DNA of 64,000 bases from assembly GCA_964016885.1 (NCBI GenBank), contig OZ024753.1, forward strand, positions 29,016,001-29,080,000, in the 5' to 3' direction. The position numbers were made by a program, and so were the translations under genes. The notes beneath the pieces are model-generated. The model did no database searches. It saw only the letters and a list, made by a program, of their open reading frames with translations, and was not told where the DNA came from. Below, piece after piece: positions 25,971 to 39,940 of the stretch. Numbering within the stretch: the stretch's first letter is position 1; each line of letters begins with the position of its first letter. The stretch comes from Eledone cirrhosa (lineage: Eukaryota).

Positions 25971-26707
25971 ATTTCACATACGCACACCCGTGTATGTGAC
26001 CCTAACTACACACGCTCGTGTATGTGACCCTAACTACAGACACTCACATACAGCACACGCTTCAACATATATTTGTAAATCCGAATTCTGTAATTTTCTA
26101 ATACACTTTTAGATAATCTAGTCACAGAGTATTCTAAATCCATGCGTTCCCCTTTATGTAATTTTCAGGGAGATTCAGCATGTCACAGTATGTGAGGAGG
26201 TTGACGTTGAATTACTGACTGTCCATCCGACGTACATTCAAACAATTTTCCGTCTACCGACCTAGCATACTTATCGCGAAAATAAGGTGTGAGTTCGATT
26301 CCCATGCAAGCTAATACCCATTATTCACGTTCTGGAGTGGGTGTCCATATATCCTAATGCTAGAGTATTTTCTGTCGTCAATTTAGGGGTAAAATCTTCT
26401 AATTCTATTTTCATCTCTCTATACCCCCTTTACATCTCACCCAGGTATCAAGTACTCACATCATAAGTGGTCTCCTCGATCTCTCTCACTCTCTCTTTAT
26501 ATATATACACACGCACATCTCTCAACGTATATATGTATATGCATACATCTCTTAATATATATATATATATATATACATCTCTTAATATATATATATATAT
26601 ATATACATCTCTTAATATATATATATATATATATCTATACATCTCTTAATATATCTATATCTATATATACATCTCTTAATATATATATATATATATCAAT
26701 ACATCTC

Positions 26708-26749
<42 letters not shown>

Positions 26750-26825
26750 TACATATATATATGTATATACATATATATATATGTATATTTATATATATGT
26801 ATATACATATATATATATGTATATA

Positions 26826-27390
26826 TAAAATAAAACATGTCTATAGAATCACCAGATAAAATATATACCGTTTCCTCTCCCAATTAGCATAATTAACCAT
26901 ATAAAAAATCAATTAGACCAAGCTATAAGAATAAAGGCTCCTATGAAGAAATCTCCGACAAATAACCGAAAGCAGCCCCTTCGCGGTGGTTACGACGGAT
27001 GTCTTAAAATGCAGATGAAACCATGGTAGAGGTAATTAAATATGTACACTTTTCTTCTAGTTTATTTTACACCTAATTCTGTTTAGTTGACTGTATATCT
27101 GGTCGATATATACATGCTGTAGAAATATTCGATAAATGATCCGTCGTAACCGCCGCGAAGGGGCTGCTTTCGGTTATTTGTCGGAGATTTCTTCATAAGC
27201 GCCTTTATTCTTATAGCTTGGTCTAATTGAGTTTTTATATGGTTAATTATACTAATTGGGAGAGGAAACGGTATATATTTTATCTGGTGATTCTATAGAC
27301 ATGTTTTATTATATATAGCTCTGATTATTTAATTTATTAATTCTTCATTGAGCCACAAAGTGACCCGTTGCAAAACATATATTTAGGACT
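26826..27390 (+). mobile_element. PLE-like inverted-repeat remnant
   Basis: ~170-bp arms (26829-27000 / 27139-27310), one-sided tail, (TA)n flanks. Partly homologous to 18775-18960. Confidence 0.55.
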
Positions 27391-27590
27391 TTATATATAT
27401 ATATATATGTAAACCTTTATATATGTATATATATACATATATATATGTATATACATACATCTCTTAATATATATATGTATATACATACATCTCTTAATAT
27501 ATATATGTATATACATATATATGTATATGTATATACATGTATATACATATATGTATATACATACATCTCATATATATATATAGACATACA

Positions 27591-27626
<36 letters not shown>

Positions 27627-27627
<1 letters not shown>

Positions 27628-29111
27628 ATATAATTAGAAACACACAGATACATGCGGACACACACATATATACATGAATGCATCCGCACCCAACTGTGAG
27701 TTAAGGGTGCCAACTTCACCGATGTTGCTCAATGAATGACTGGGACAGACCAATTCAGTTGAACTAGACTGAACCAGTATCAGAGTTAAAAATACATTAT
27801 GAAGAGAGAAGAAACATTTAGATATAATTAGTAATAAAATGTATCATACCTAAACTGCTCCTAAATTCCTCGACTACGTAGTTTCGTGGCATAAACAAAA
27901 ACAATATATCATAAAGATATAGAGTCCCTGCGAGGTCTGCCGACTTATCAAGAGGATACCTCGTTTTACTAGTCTCAAGAACGCGTCTACACGACGTGAG
28001 AAAGAATCCCAAAAGGCGGAGGGAGAGATAGTCACGCGATATAACGGTCGAGAAACAGAGCTAAGCCTCTTATAACCCCGAAGAAAATACCACGGAGGCG
28101 GAGGGGGTATTTATATCGAGGCTGTAGAAGAGGTGGTGAAGAAGGCGTGAAGTATGAGTAATGGAAGCCTTCCAGCTGTCCCCACACTTCAAAGATTGCT
28201 CGACCAGAGGGAGTTATTAACAATATAATTAGAAACACACAGATACATGCGGACATACACATATATACATGAATGCATCCGCACCCAACTGTGAGTTAAG
28301 GGTGCCAACTTCACCGATGTTGCTCGTTCTTGAGACTAGTAAAACGAGGTATCCTCTTGATAAGTCGGCAGACCTCGCAGGGACTCTATATCTTTATGAT
28401 ATATTGTTTTTGTTTATGCCACGAAACTACGTAGTCGAGGAATTTAGGAGCAGTTTAGGTATGATACATTTTATTACTAATTATATCTAAATGTTTCTTC
28501 TCTCTTCATAATGTATTTTTAACTCTGATACTGGTTCAGTCTAGTTCAACTGAATTGGTCTGTCCCAGTCATTCATTGAGCAACATCGGTGAAGTTGGCA
28601 CCCTTAACTCACAGTTGGGTGCGGATGCATTCATGTATATATGTGTGTGTCCGCATGTATCTGTGTGTTTCTAATTATATTGTTAATAACTCCCTCTGGT
28701 CGAGCAATCTTTGAAGTGTGGGGACAGCTGGAAGGCTTCCATTACTCATACTTCTCGCCTTCTTCACCACCTCTTCTACGGCCTCGATATAAATACCCCC
28801 TCCGCCTCCGTGGTATTTTCTTCGGGGTTATAAGAGGCTTAGCTCTGTTTCTCGACCGTTATATCGCGTGACTATCTCCCCCTCCGCCTTTTGGGATTCT
28901 TTCTCACGTCGTGTAGACGCGTTCTTGAGACTAGTAAAACGAGGTATCCTCTTGATAAGTCGGCAGACCTCGCAGGGACTCTATATCTTTATGATATATT
29001 GTTTTTGTTTATGCCACGAAACTACGTAGTCGAGGAATTTAGGAGCAGTTTAGGTATGATACATTTTATTACTAATTATATCTAAATGTTTCTTCTCTCT
29101 TCATAATGTAT
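27627..29111. mobile_element. Non-autonomous PLE/retrozyme-like element: 595-bp tandem unit in two inverted arms
   Basis: Left arm 27627-28325 (27627 repeats at 28222) and right arm 28326-29111 (28326 repeats at 28921). Arms nearly identical. No meaningful ORF. (TA)n on both sides. Confidence 0.85.
28352..28441 (+). ncRNA. Variant type I hammerhead ribozyme (U3-A8 core); copies at 28947-29036 (+) and 27867-27956 (-)
   Basis: Stem I TCCTC/GAGGA; core TTGATAA 28357-63; stem II GT(C)GGCA/TGCCAC with a long insert; GAAA 28423-26; palindromic stem III ACTACGTAGT; GTC cleavage after C28436. Confidence 0.75.
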
Positions 29112-31964
29112 ATATATATATATATATATATACAAATACATCTTTCAATATATATATATAATCATAGATCTCAATATATATACACACATACATCTCTCAG
29201 TATATATATACACATACATACATCTCTCTCTATATATATATATTTATACATACATACATCTATCTATCTCATATACATATATGAGATACATGTATGTATG
29301 TATAAATAAATATATATATATCTATCTCAATATATATATATATACATACATCTCTCTCTATATATATATATCTCTCTCTCTTTCTCTCCCTATATATATA
29401 TATATACATCTCAATATATAGATATATATATATATATGTATGTGTATGTGTGTGTTGACTAAACGCTTCCTCTTTAAACAATGGAAAAAATGTAGTTCTA
29501 CATTACCAAATAAATAAATAGAAAATATCAAAAGTTCTGAGATAAATTTCTCTTAAGGATTCCTCGAATCTCATATCAACAGCGACGACAACAACAGCAA
29601 CAATATGAAACAATCAAACAAGATAAACAGTAAAACAATAACGCAATCACATGACTTGTCCTGTGTTTTGTCTTCCTATAATAGCGTTATTTGTCAGTTG
29701 AACGGAAACTGAGGAAATCGTTGCACAAATTGCCGACATTTTTAGTCACTTTGTTATGGAAGCAGATTTGAAGAAAACAACGTGCCACTATGTTTTTATA
29801 TTGCTTTTATTTTTACATTGATTCATTTACATTTTTTTTTTTGCTAGTTTTGGGGGATTTATATTTATAACTGTCAAACCTAGAATGTTTGAATTTTTGA
29901 CCGATATAGCAGAAGCTCGTTAGACGGGATGATTCATTGCAACTATCAATTGTTATTGTTTAGCCTCAGGTCAACCTTCATTGAGAATACAGATCGACGT
30001 TCAAAGATATTCTTACTGTAACCATTTATATCCTTTATTCAGACAATCTATTTAAGATAATACGGCATTATTCTATGTGTATTTTCATCTCTATGAATGT
30101 ACGGTGTGATTGAACTAAGATTTGTCGCTTATTTCTGCTAGCAGGTCAAGTGAACACTAATTGGTGATGATGGTGGTGGTGATGGTAGTAGTTCTTCTTC
30201 TTGTCTTTCAAAGCGAATAATAACTGGAGTTGCTGCACCTCCCAGGCTAAACAACAGAATGTTTAATTGAATCGATGCTGTTGTTTAGCTTGAGCAGGCT
30301 TATTGATCAAAGGCATTCTTATCGTTCTCATCCAGTCTTCATAGTCAATGTCCTATTTTTGAAGCGTACGATATAATTTGTAAAACAATTAAGCTGCTTG
30401 TGGGTCTAGGGCCCACATTGAGTGACTATTTCGAGGCTCACGCCCCAGCCTGGCCTGAAGCTATATTTATCATACAAATCCACGATGAAAACATTAAAGT
30501 CACAATTTCCTACTTCCTCACTAATATCCTCTCCTAATGGCGCCCAGCTAGTAAAAACTACAGTGACTGGTCGATCGTGTGTTTTCTCTTTAAGGATTGT
30601 TATTGCAACTTAACCCCTGGTGAGCTGTGATCGAGTAAACATGATCAAAGGTATTCCAGCTGTAACCCCATCATTTTAGGTTTAGTAAGAGTGCATCTAG
30701 GACCACATTATCCAATAAACCCTTCAAATTTTAAAGATTGCTTTAAAGGGTATTTGAATGCTGTTAGCCGACCAAGTGATTACGCTGGCTCGGAATTTCG
30801 TATCACTTCTTATTCCTAAAACTGCAAACTATTTACTACAGTCAAGAACGAGATGTTCTGCCAGTCTCATTGATACATCTTACACTTATATAAAGACATA
30901 TTCTTTGGATCAATTCCTCCACTTTAAACATTACACGATGTGCTCAGTATTTTTTAAGCTCCAAGCTCGTGTTAAAACAGTCTGCTTTTGTATTTTACGG
31001 TATTTGTTATGCTAAACAATTTTTAGGAGTGTCTGGCATTCCTGTACTTGTTTCATCAAGTCAAATGACTTAAACAATTATTTTGAAACAAACATTTTGT
31101 GGCAACATTCGATTATTTTCTTTTAGGATAACGAGCTGTAAACCATACCGGTATTTGTTTGTTTGAGAACATCGTCAATAACTTAAACGAATTTAACAAA
31201 TGTTGGCTATTTCATTTATTTATTTATCCTATTTTTGCCATCCTTAATATTTAGCAGATCTTCAAGTTTTTTTTGTTTTTTGTGTTTTTCTAAAAAAAAA
31301 AACCCAAGAATTTGGAAATTCGTTCATTCATTTATTTTTTACAGATTTATTTTCCTTTCTGCTTTATTTCCATGGCTTCTCGTGCCAAAGACAGATGGAC
31401 GTTTATTCAATGTTGATTTATGATATCGAATAACAAAAACTGTATACAAATTAAAATAGGATGTCTTCCTTCATTTGCTTTTGTTTGGGTTTTCCTGCTT
31501 TAGTGTATCACTGGAATTCAGGTTAAACTCACAAACATATCCGAGATCCGTTGAAAAGACAGGAAAATCATCAGAACATACGTATGGGTTACATGTGTTA
31601 TAGAAAATATGAAGAAACCTATAAATCACAAAGAATGAATCAAAGTGGAATGGCTCAGCTGACGAGGTGTTCATTTCCGGTTCCTATGAAATCTGTTGCA
31701 AGAGCATGTGTTTCTCATCAAGATACTAGATTAGATGTGCTATTTCTTACGTGATTAAATTCAAGGTTTCATGTGAAAAATGTTAGACTTCATAGCTACT
31801 TGAGAAGGTAGCAGGAAACATAAAAAAGACTACAGTTTGGCCAAACATTTGATCAATTAGCTGTTATATAGTTAGCAAAAGGAGCTCAATGTATTTTACA
31901 GTGGGGCCATCTATAAGTGAAAGATGTGTGCATGTATGGACCCGTAATTCCTGAATTTAGTCGC

Positions 31965-32260
31965 AAGGGTGCCATATTGACATGCGACGTTTCTAGGGCA
32001 TTTCTTTAAACCTGGTGGAGCCCATCTCCTCTCCAGCCCTGAGTACAGCAAATTTCTTCCAGAGAAGAATAGAAAGAATGAGAGAAAGGAAGTAAGAAAG
32101 AGATATAGAGGAAGAATCGACCCCACTTCCAGACTGCTACTTTTTTATCGACCTTAAAAAGTTGACCTCGGCGGCATTTGAACTCAGGGAGTAGAGAGCC
32201 GGAACGAATACAGTAAATCATTCTATCCGACGTTCTAGCGACTCTGCAAATTCGCCGTCT
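31965..32260 (-). mobile_element. Composite SINE (Meta-like core + distinct 3' segment); second copy ~35725-35945
   Basis: Segment GCCATATTG...GGAGCCCATCT...TTCTTCCAGAGAAG...AGAGATATAGAG abuts the Meta-like core in both places. Confidence 0.55.
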
Positions 32261-34160
32261 AAATAATAGATAGATATAGTATATGAATAGAGAGTGGAGC
32301 TGTCATCGGATTTAAAGTCTCGGAATCTATCATGTACATTGTTATGGGAAAGGTATGAACGTCGTATTATCTCATTCCCAGCTGGATTTCGCCCTTGAGC
32401 TCAACAAAGGTAAGATATTAATGTCTTAATATGTGAGATGCCATTTTCATCCGAATAGACAAACACATATAGTCCTAAATCGACTTTCCCCATCTCCCAA
32501 ATTGTTGGCCTTAAGCCTAAATAAGAAACCATTATTTTGACGAAGCCTCACAGTCAATCGGTTTGGATCAATTTCCACATTCCTTCACAAACTATCATCA
32601 CCCTAACTCCATAACCATTTTCTTCTTCACAAACACTTTATTACAGAAGAACCGCCTTGCGAATTGGGAGAGGGGCAATAAGAAATACCCAAATTTTTTA
32701 CCAGATTTCTGCTGTTAATACCACTACAACTACTACCACTTCTGTCCTTACTACTATTACCACCATCGACAACAACAACAGCAAATTTACTACTACTACA
32801 ATTCACCGCAACATATACGGTTTACATTATTTTAGATTTATAATTCCTTTTAACATATACTGCTCTATGCCGAGTGAAGCAATGTCATCACATTTCGGTT
32901 TATTCGAAACATATGTCTTCATGTTTGGAACATGAATTCTTTCAGCACACAGGACAACAACAATAACAGCAGCAACAAAATAAATCACAGAGAGGAGATG
33001 ACACAAACAAAGCTATTACAGAAGAACTTATACCCACGTTTCCTTGGTGTTTATATGCGTGGGGAATAAAGATGAGAAAAATACGGTTATTTTATTGTAT
33101 ATATTTACGTTGCTGGTTTAGTGTGGTAGATTGTCAGAATTGGTAGAGCTTCGGACTCAATACCACGTAGTACTAAGTTAAGCCTTTTTTAATTCTTGAG
33201 TTCGAAACCCAGAGAAATTGACTTTACTTTTCACGATTTTAGAGTCTAAAAGAATCAGTCAGATGCTGTTCTAAATACGGACTGCTTATGAAATTGGATA
33301 ATAAAGTTCTAGATATAAAATATTATTTTAAAAAGATGAGTGAGTTTAAATCCCGCCGAGGTTAACTTTGCCTTTCATCTTTACGCAGTCGATAAAATAA
33401 AGTACCAGTAATGTATTGGATAATTGCTGGCCTTGTGCCAATTGTAGAAACAATTATTTAAAAAAAGATGATTGGGCTCTGGCTGGATCAGGGGCAACAA
33501 GGGGGCTAAACAGCAACAACAGAATGTGCTTACTTATATTCACGTTTGAGGACGAAATATAAAAGCAAATTCGATTGGAGTTGACGATAAGTGAACTTGA
33601 ACAAATACTGTAACACACTTGAGTGGTTTCCTACCAATTTTACTACAACATTGTTCGTTCAGGAATAGAAAATTAACAAACATAGACATACATAGGAAAT
33701 AAACGCACAACACACATATATATATATATATATACATATACACACACACACACACACTGACTGACAAAAATAGCCTCACACACATACATGACTGACTTTT
33801 TTGAGGTTTTCTATTTCTATATAATTTTTCTTTTGTTTTCGTGTAATGTTCTTTCTCTTTCCATGTCTCTCCCTCTCTATCTTTCTCTATCTCTCACCCT
33901 CACTCACTCTATCGTGATTTCCTTGAAAAATTGGCAAAAAAAAGAAAAGACAAAAGAAAAAAAGCAGCCCCCTTCTCCCCCTCACCAGACAATAAAAGTT
34001 ACTGCTATAAATGTTACAAGTTAGTAACATGAGGCAGGCAATCGGTCTATCATCTAAAGGTCACTTGATTCTGAACGATGTCGCATACATATACACAGCA
34101 CAACCGACGTGTATGTAGTCACATATGAATAAAGACTTGATTCGCATATACATACTCAGC

Positions 34161-34198
<38 letters not shown>

Positions 34199-34325
34199 CG
34201 AAAAACTCTTTTTCATTGAATATATATATATATATTGTATCCCAAAAGATGTATACACACTGATTACCAGTACAGGCAATATTTATTAGAATGCTGTTGT
34301 TGGTGTATACATTTTTGGGGACACC

Positions 34326-34364
<39 letters not shown>

Positions 34365-34548
34365 TAAGAGAGAGAGAGAAAGAGAGAGATGTGTGTACAC
34401 ACACAGATTTGGTGTATTTATCATGCTTAATCTGATGTGCATTTTATCTGCTTGAGCCATCGCAGGCAAAATTTAATTAAGTCCTCTCCCTAAGCAAGAC
34501 TTCACCGGATTTGCCCTGAAGTAGTGAAAACGTAGGACATCTCTGGTT

Positions 34549-34580
<32 letters not shown>

Positions 34581-34585
<5 letters not shown>

Positions 34586-34760
34586 AATTCGGGACTCCGA
34601 CAGCTGAGCTCCTGTCGTTTCAACAGCTAGATCCGAATGCAGGAACTCAGCCGTCGGGGTCCTGAATTTTTCATATTACCCACTCTACTACCCCAAGTAT
34701 CGAGTACTCGGGTGAGTAATGGTCTAACTGGTTTTTACCGCATCCATTCTAATTTTTATA
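34581..34760 (+). mobile_element. PLE remnant family B
   Basis: Inverted arm 34581-34640 plus tail CACTCTACTACCCCAAGTATCGAGTACT. Confidence 0.6.
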
Positions 34761-36055
34761 TATTCTTTTACCTGTTCCAGCCATCCGGCTGAGGCTATGC
34801 TGGGGAACCGCCCTTGAAAAAAAAAAAAAATATATATATATATATGCCCCAGCATGGCCGGAACAGGTAAAAGAGTAAAAGAGTATATATATGCACACAC
34901 GCATACATATATGTGATGATTGCATCATTTTGACAGATGATAACTATTTACAATAGTGACATATATAGCTACTTACGTTTCGTTGGGTTATACACACCGA
35001 CTCATGCAGCGAGTTATGTGTATACATTTATGTCCATTACAGAGGAGATTACATAAATAGATATTTCTCAAAATACCTCAATATGTAATTTCCGCTTAGG
35101 AAATTCCTCAAATTCTCATACCAAATATCAAATTGAAGCTCTTATACGAATTCAAACGATACTAAATCTTAAAGTCAGTCTAAATAGTGTCTTGTACTAA
35201 AATATGAATGCCTATTACAGTTAATGTTGTGTGGTAAATAAATATATACTTATACACCAGGTCCGAACACGATGGAGCCAAATTCCCACTGTCTCCCGCT
35301 CTCCCCAGCTCTCACTAATATGAACAAATGGAGGCCCACGCGCTGGCCGATCCGCGGCCCCGGGGGACTGGATTCAGTCTTATTTACGCTTTTTGTGTAA
35401 ACTCTACACGCGCTGGAGGGTTGTATTGAGTGTGGTAGTATATTTGTTCGAAATGCTTTTGTTTCACTTCATGTCAATGTTTTGGTAACAATATTTACCG
35501 ACGACGACATCGAGAGGAAGAAGAAATGTAATCTACCTGTGCACTTCCAAAGTCACAGAGACCTTGTACTCTCTTAAGAACAGCTGAAGACAGCCCTCAC
35601 TGGAATTATATCACCTACGTCTCACGGGAAGGGGCATATAACACAAGATGTGTTAAAATGGGGTTCAATTGTGTTGAGTCTGAACATGGTATGGTATGGG
35701 CCGTATCTCCTGAGGAGTCGAATGGGCGCCATATTGGCATACGGCGTTTCTAGGACATTTGTTTAAACCAGGCGGAGCCCATCTGCTCTCCAGGCCCGAA
35801 TACAGTAGATTTCTTCCAGAGAAGGATAGAGAGAATGAGAAAAAGGAAGTGAGAAAGAGATATAGAGAGAGAATTGATCCCAGTCCTTGACTGGTACTTC
35901 TTTATCGACCTTCAATGGATGAAAAGCAAAGTTGACCTCGGAAGTCTGAACATAATGGAATCAAATTCCCATTGTCACCGTCTCTCTCGTGTTGTTTTTA
36001 AAACTGAAAACGCGTCTAAGAGACAAGTTCAGTTAGATCTCCATACACCTGTACA

Positions 36056-36221
36056 ATGACTAATCCCACAAAAGTCTTTTTGGAAGACGAAACACGAGGG
36101 TCACCGACCGTTTAATACAAGGGAGACGACGTTGACACTCGATGACTAATCCCACAAAAGTCTTTTGGGAAGACGAAATACGAGGGTCACCGTAAAATAC
36201 AATGGAGACGATGTTGACACT
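36056..36221. repeat. ~86-bp tandem duplication
   Basis: ATGACTAATCCCACAAAAGTCTTTT...GTTGACACT at 36056 and 36142. Confidence 0.8.
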
Positions 36222-36662
36222 GGCTGGTTCCCGATGGCCTTCATAGCAAAATTGCTAATAAGTGGTCGAATTTATGCGTTGTTAGACGGTATGGCGTCGA
36301 CGGTTCTTGGTTGGCGTCTACTGCTTCGTAACTCGACGGGGGGGTTATTAAGGCCTAAATTGTACGCAATGACCTTCGTTTATGAAAACAAATACAGCAG
36401 ACGATATGTGGGAGTCATAGCATCAGAAAATAATGGTCATGTTTTAGTTGGACAACTTGTTTTCCTGAAACGAAGGAAATGACGCTTCGCCTGTTGTCGT
36501 CTTAACTACTGGTTATTATGGTGAGGTTGATGATTATGATAATGATGATTAGGATCATTATGTTGATAATAATGGTGGTGTTGTTATTTAGCTCCTATTG
36601 TTGGCTGACCCAATAGTAAATTCTCTCTCTCTCTCGTTGACCAAGCAGGCGTCACCTTCCCG

Positions 36663-36701
<39 letters not shown>

Positions 36702-36768
36702 TTTTATTAAGGCTAAATAGGGAATCTTGTTACTTTGAAGTTTCGTCTGTTTATCACCAGGTCACCTG

Positions 36769-36811
<43 letters not shown>

Positions 36812-36991
36812 GAGAGTGTGTGTATGTGAGTGTGTGAGAGTGTGTATGTGTATTTATGTGTGTATATAATTTAAATCCTGAGTAAACGGCGAAAAATTAT
36901 TGACCCAAACGTACACACGAACAAATGTCATCGACTGTTCATTACACGCACACAGTATATATATATACACATTATATATATATATATATAT

Positions 36992-37029
<38 letters not shown>

Positions 37030-37439
37030 CTAACATATTACCCATAAAAATGACGAAGTTTATAGCAGTAATGACTGTTATTTCTAACAGGTTAAACAAA
37101 GACAGATATTAGTGGTTTGACTATGTGGAGAAAGCTACAAAGAGAAAATAACATGACAAGAAGGAAATGGAATCTCACACAGTTTAACAATCTCTGTCAT
37201 GTCTGCGTCATAGGAAGATGTTATGGTGACATCATATGTTGAAATAATATGTATGGGGTGGGGTGGGTGTATGTGTGTGGGGTAGGTGTATGATTCCACC
37301 GGGAATATTTTTAGCTTCTTTTCCACTTCCTCCACATTCTCACTATATTGTCCGTCTCTTACCATCCATCATCAGCACTAACATCACTGTTATTCAATGT
37401 TACTCTCGTGATCACCCATCCCACTTATTTTTCTTCATC

Positions 37440-37640
37440 ACCAACACGATTATCACCATCACCTCCACCACCACCACGATTATAACCATCATCATCATCA
37501 CCACAATTATAACCATCATCATCACCACCACCGCCACGATTATAACCATCATCATCACCACCACCGCCACGATTATAACCATCATCATCATCACCACCGC
37601 CACGATTATAACCATCATCATCACCACAGCCACGATTATT
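37440..37640. repeat. 30-36-bp CAC/CAT-rich minisatellite
   Basis: Repeats of ACCACCGCCACGATTATAACCATCATCATC. Confidence 0.85.
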
Positions 37641-37790
37641 CAATGTTAACTCGTGACCATCTGTACCACATCCTCATCGCCACCATCACCACTTTGTTGA
37701 ATTCTTGTAAATGTGAAAAACTTATTTTCCGATTAACGTAGACATGTCTGGTGTTTATTGTATGGTGATTTTGTCAGGCTGTTTAAAGCT

Positions 37791-37853
<63 letters not shown>

Positions 37854-38179
37854 GCGTCAAGCGATTCTCTATACCCACTCTGCATCTCCCCATGCAATGT
37901 GTACTCCTATGATTAGTGCTCTCCTCGGTCTCAGCACTGCAGACTCTCTCTCTCTCCCTCTCTCTCATATACACATCATTTCTTATTTTACAGATTAAAA
38001 ATAAAAAAACCTGAACCTCATTTACATAGGTATGCGTTGAATATCGTTCCAATGCGTGTATTTACAACATTAATGTATTAATACAATGAAATACCTCGAT
38101 ATATTTGGAAAGACACTAGCTGCAAATGTTCCCAGTGAAATACAGTATATGTTAGATCCAATGTTAAATGGAGAAATTC

Positions 38180-38217
38180 ACTTACCTGCAAAAGAGAAGA
38201 AAAATTAAAATGTTAAA
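38180..38217 (-). promoter_or_regulatory. Candidate recursive splice site (3'SS immediately followed by 5'SS)
   Basis: Minus strand TTTAACATTTTAATTTTTCTTCTCTTTTGCAG|GTAAGT, junction 38186/38185, in non-repeat sequence. Confidence 0.5.
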
Positions 38218-38420
38218 TATATTTCTATGCTAATACAAGAGCAACAGAATATCACAGAAACACACAATCACAGGTATTGGTTAATACTAGGTTATGATAC
38301 AAGACACTTGACCAATGTTATGTGCAATGAGATCAAACATGAAATAACGTATATGCGAAGCAACCCTTTTCTTAGAACAACCATATATACATACGAATAT
38401 ATATATATATATATATATAT

Positions 38421-38807
38421 TAAAGAGTTAAACAAGATTCAATGAGTACATCAAAGAATGAGTTTTACAGTAGATTGGAAGCACTCTACAGTTAAATAAT
38501 TTTCCAGAGTTATTAATATTAAAATACAAATATTAATAAAATAGATGTTCTTTTGATCAATAAAATTTTATTATACATATTTCAGAAGTACAACAGTACG
38601 TCCTCATCAGACAAAATATAATGATACATGACATACCCTGAAATATTAAATGGTTAATTTACCTTGATTAAATCTTAACCATTCAACATCTCAGGGTTTG
38701 TCATATATCATTATATTTTGTCTAATGAGGACGTACTGTTGTACCTCTGAAATATGTATAATAAAATTTAATTGATCAAAAGAACATCTATTTTATTAAT
38801 ATTTGTA

Positions 38808-38815
<8 letters not shown>
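38421..38815 (-). mobile_element. PLE remnant family A with hammerhead (- strand 38565-38618 intact; + arm core mutated to CTAATGA)
   Basis: Inverted repeat 38517-38657 / 38675-38815. TATTTTGT CTGATGA GGACGTAC tgtt GTACTTCT GAAA TATGTA TA ATAAAAT. Confidence 0.75.
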
Positions 38816-38842
<27 letters not shown>

Positions 38843-38844
<2 letters not shown>

Positions 38845-39673
38845 CGGCGATGAATTAGTTTTGCGAGGTTTTTTAACAACATACATAGGTGAGACAGCTC
38901 GTAGCATAGGTGAAAGGATAGACCAACACTGGGGGGAACTAAAAGGACGAAAAAACGGGTCAGTACTATACGAACATGCTAGACAACATCATGACGGTAA
39001 CATAGACAACATAGAAATTAGAATAATATCTAAACATAGGAATGACCCAGCAGATAGGCAAATCAGAGAGGCCAGTGAAATAGAAATTAGAAGACCAAAG
39101 CTAAACAGAAAGAATGAGTGGAACAACAACAACACCCAAACAAACAACACTGACATAAGAGAAGTATAAATAAATAAGTAAATTAAATTAAATAAAATAA
39201 GATAAATAAATACATACACAAGCACATAAACACACACTAGTCACCCAGCAGACACAACACTATACACACTAGTCACACATCACACATAACACTATACACA
39301 CACGCAAACGCATGCGCAAAGAAGACAAAATAAAATAAGATAAACAAACAAGCAAATGAATAAATAAATATATAGACAGACTGAACAAAAAAATGGCGTA
39401 GACATACAACACAACAGGAGGAACAATGAATATAACACCACTGACGATGTTGCAGATGTGCAACGAAAGATTTATGTAAACTATATATATATGTGTTTGT
39501 CTATATTGTATCTGTATTATTTTTGACCGCCGGTCAGTCAATGGCAACATTGAGGACCGAGTAAGTTAGATCGCAGATATATATATATAAAAGACAGCGA
39601 GAAGCGAAAACCAACCAAACAGTGAGTGTGTTCTGTTATTAATTCTGGCAATATTACGCAAATATGACCCTCC

Positions 39674-39676
<3 letters not shown>
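38843..39676 (+). mobile_element. 5'-truncated Penelope-like element (family D): EN end + pLTR with hammerhead
   Basis: CTGACGA T GTTGCA gatg TGCAAC GAAA at 39441-39468. pLTR homologous to 51388-51868 and 53940-54108 (-). Confidence 0.8.
38879..39169 (+). pseudogene. Penelope-like GIY-YIG endonuclease, C-terminal part
   Basis: YIGETARSIGERIDQH...LYEH...RQIREASEI...PKLN has the YIG, R, H, E and N motifs of PLE GIY-YIG domains. 5'-truncated. Confidence 0.85.
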
Positions 39677-39710
<34 letters not shown>

Positions 39711-39940
39711 GTGGATCTATGGCTCCGTTTTGCATCTATATTGCATTGAGTTCACTTTCATAGGATCGCAATTTTCTAATTATATATATAATCATAATAA
39801 AAGGTATAAATCGCAGGATAGTAGATACCAATCGGATTGTTTGCGGCAGTCACAAAGCACTCAATGGTGTGAAAAGTTAATACATTTTCATCCAGAGTAA
39901 ACACACACACACACACACACAATATATATATATATATATA

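Noticed and set aside
26935-26980. Hammerhead-like CTATGAAGA...GAAA
   Set aside because: Core spacing is wrong and no convincing stems could be drawn.
31505-31670. Possible + strand exon (MGYMCYRKYEETYK...)
   Set aside because: Stops in all frames after the acceptor, weak donor, no recognisable protein.
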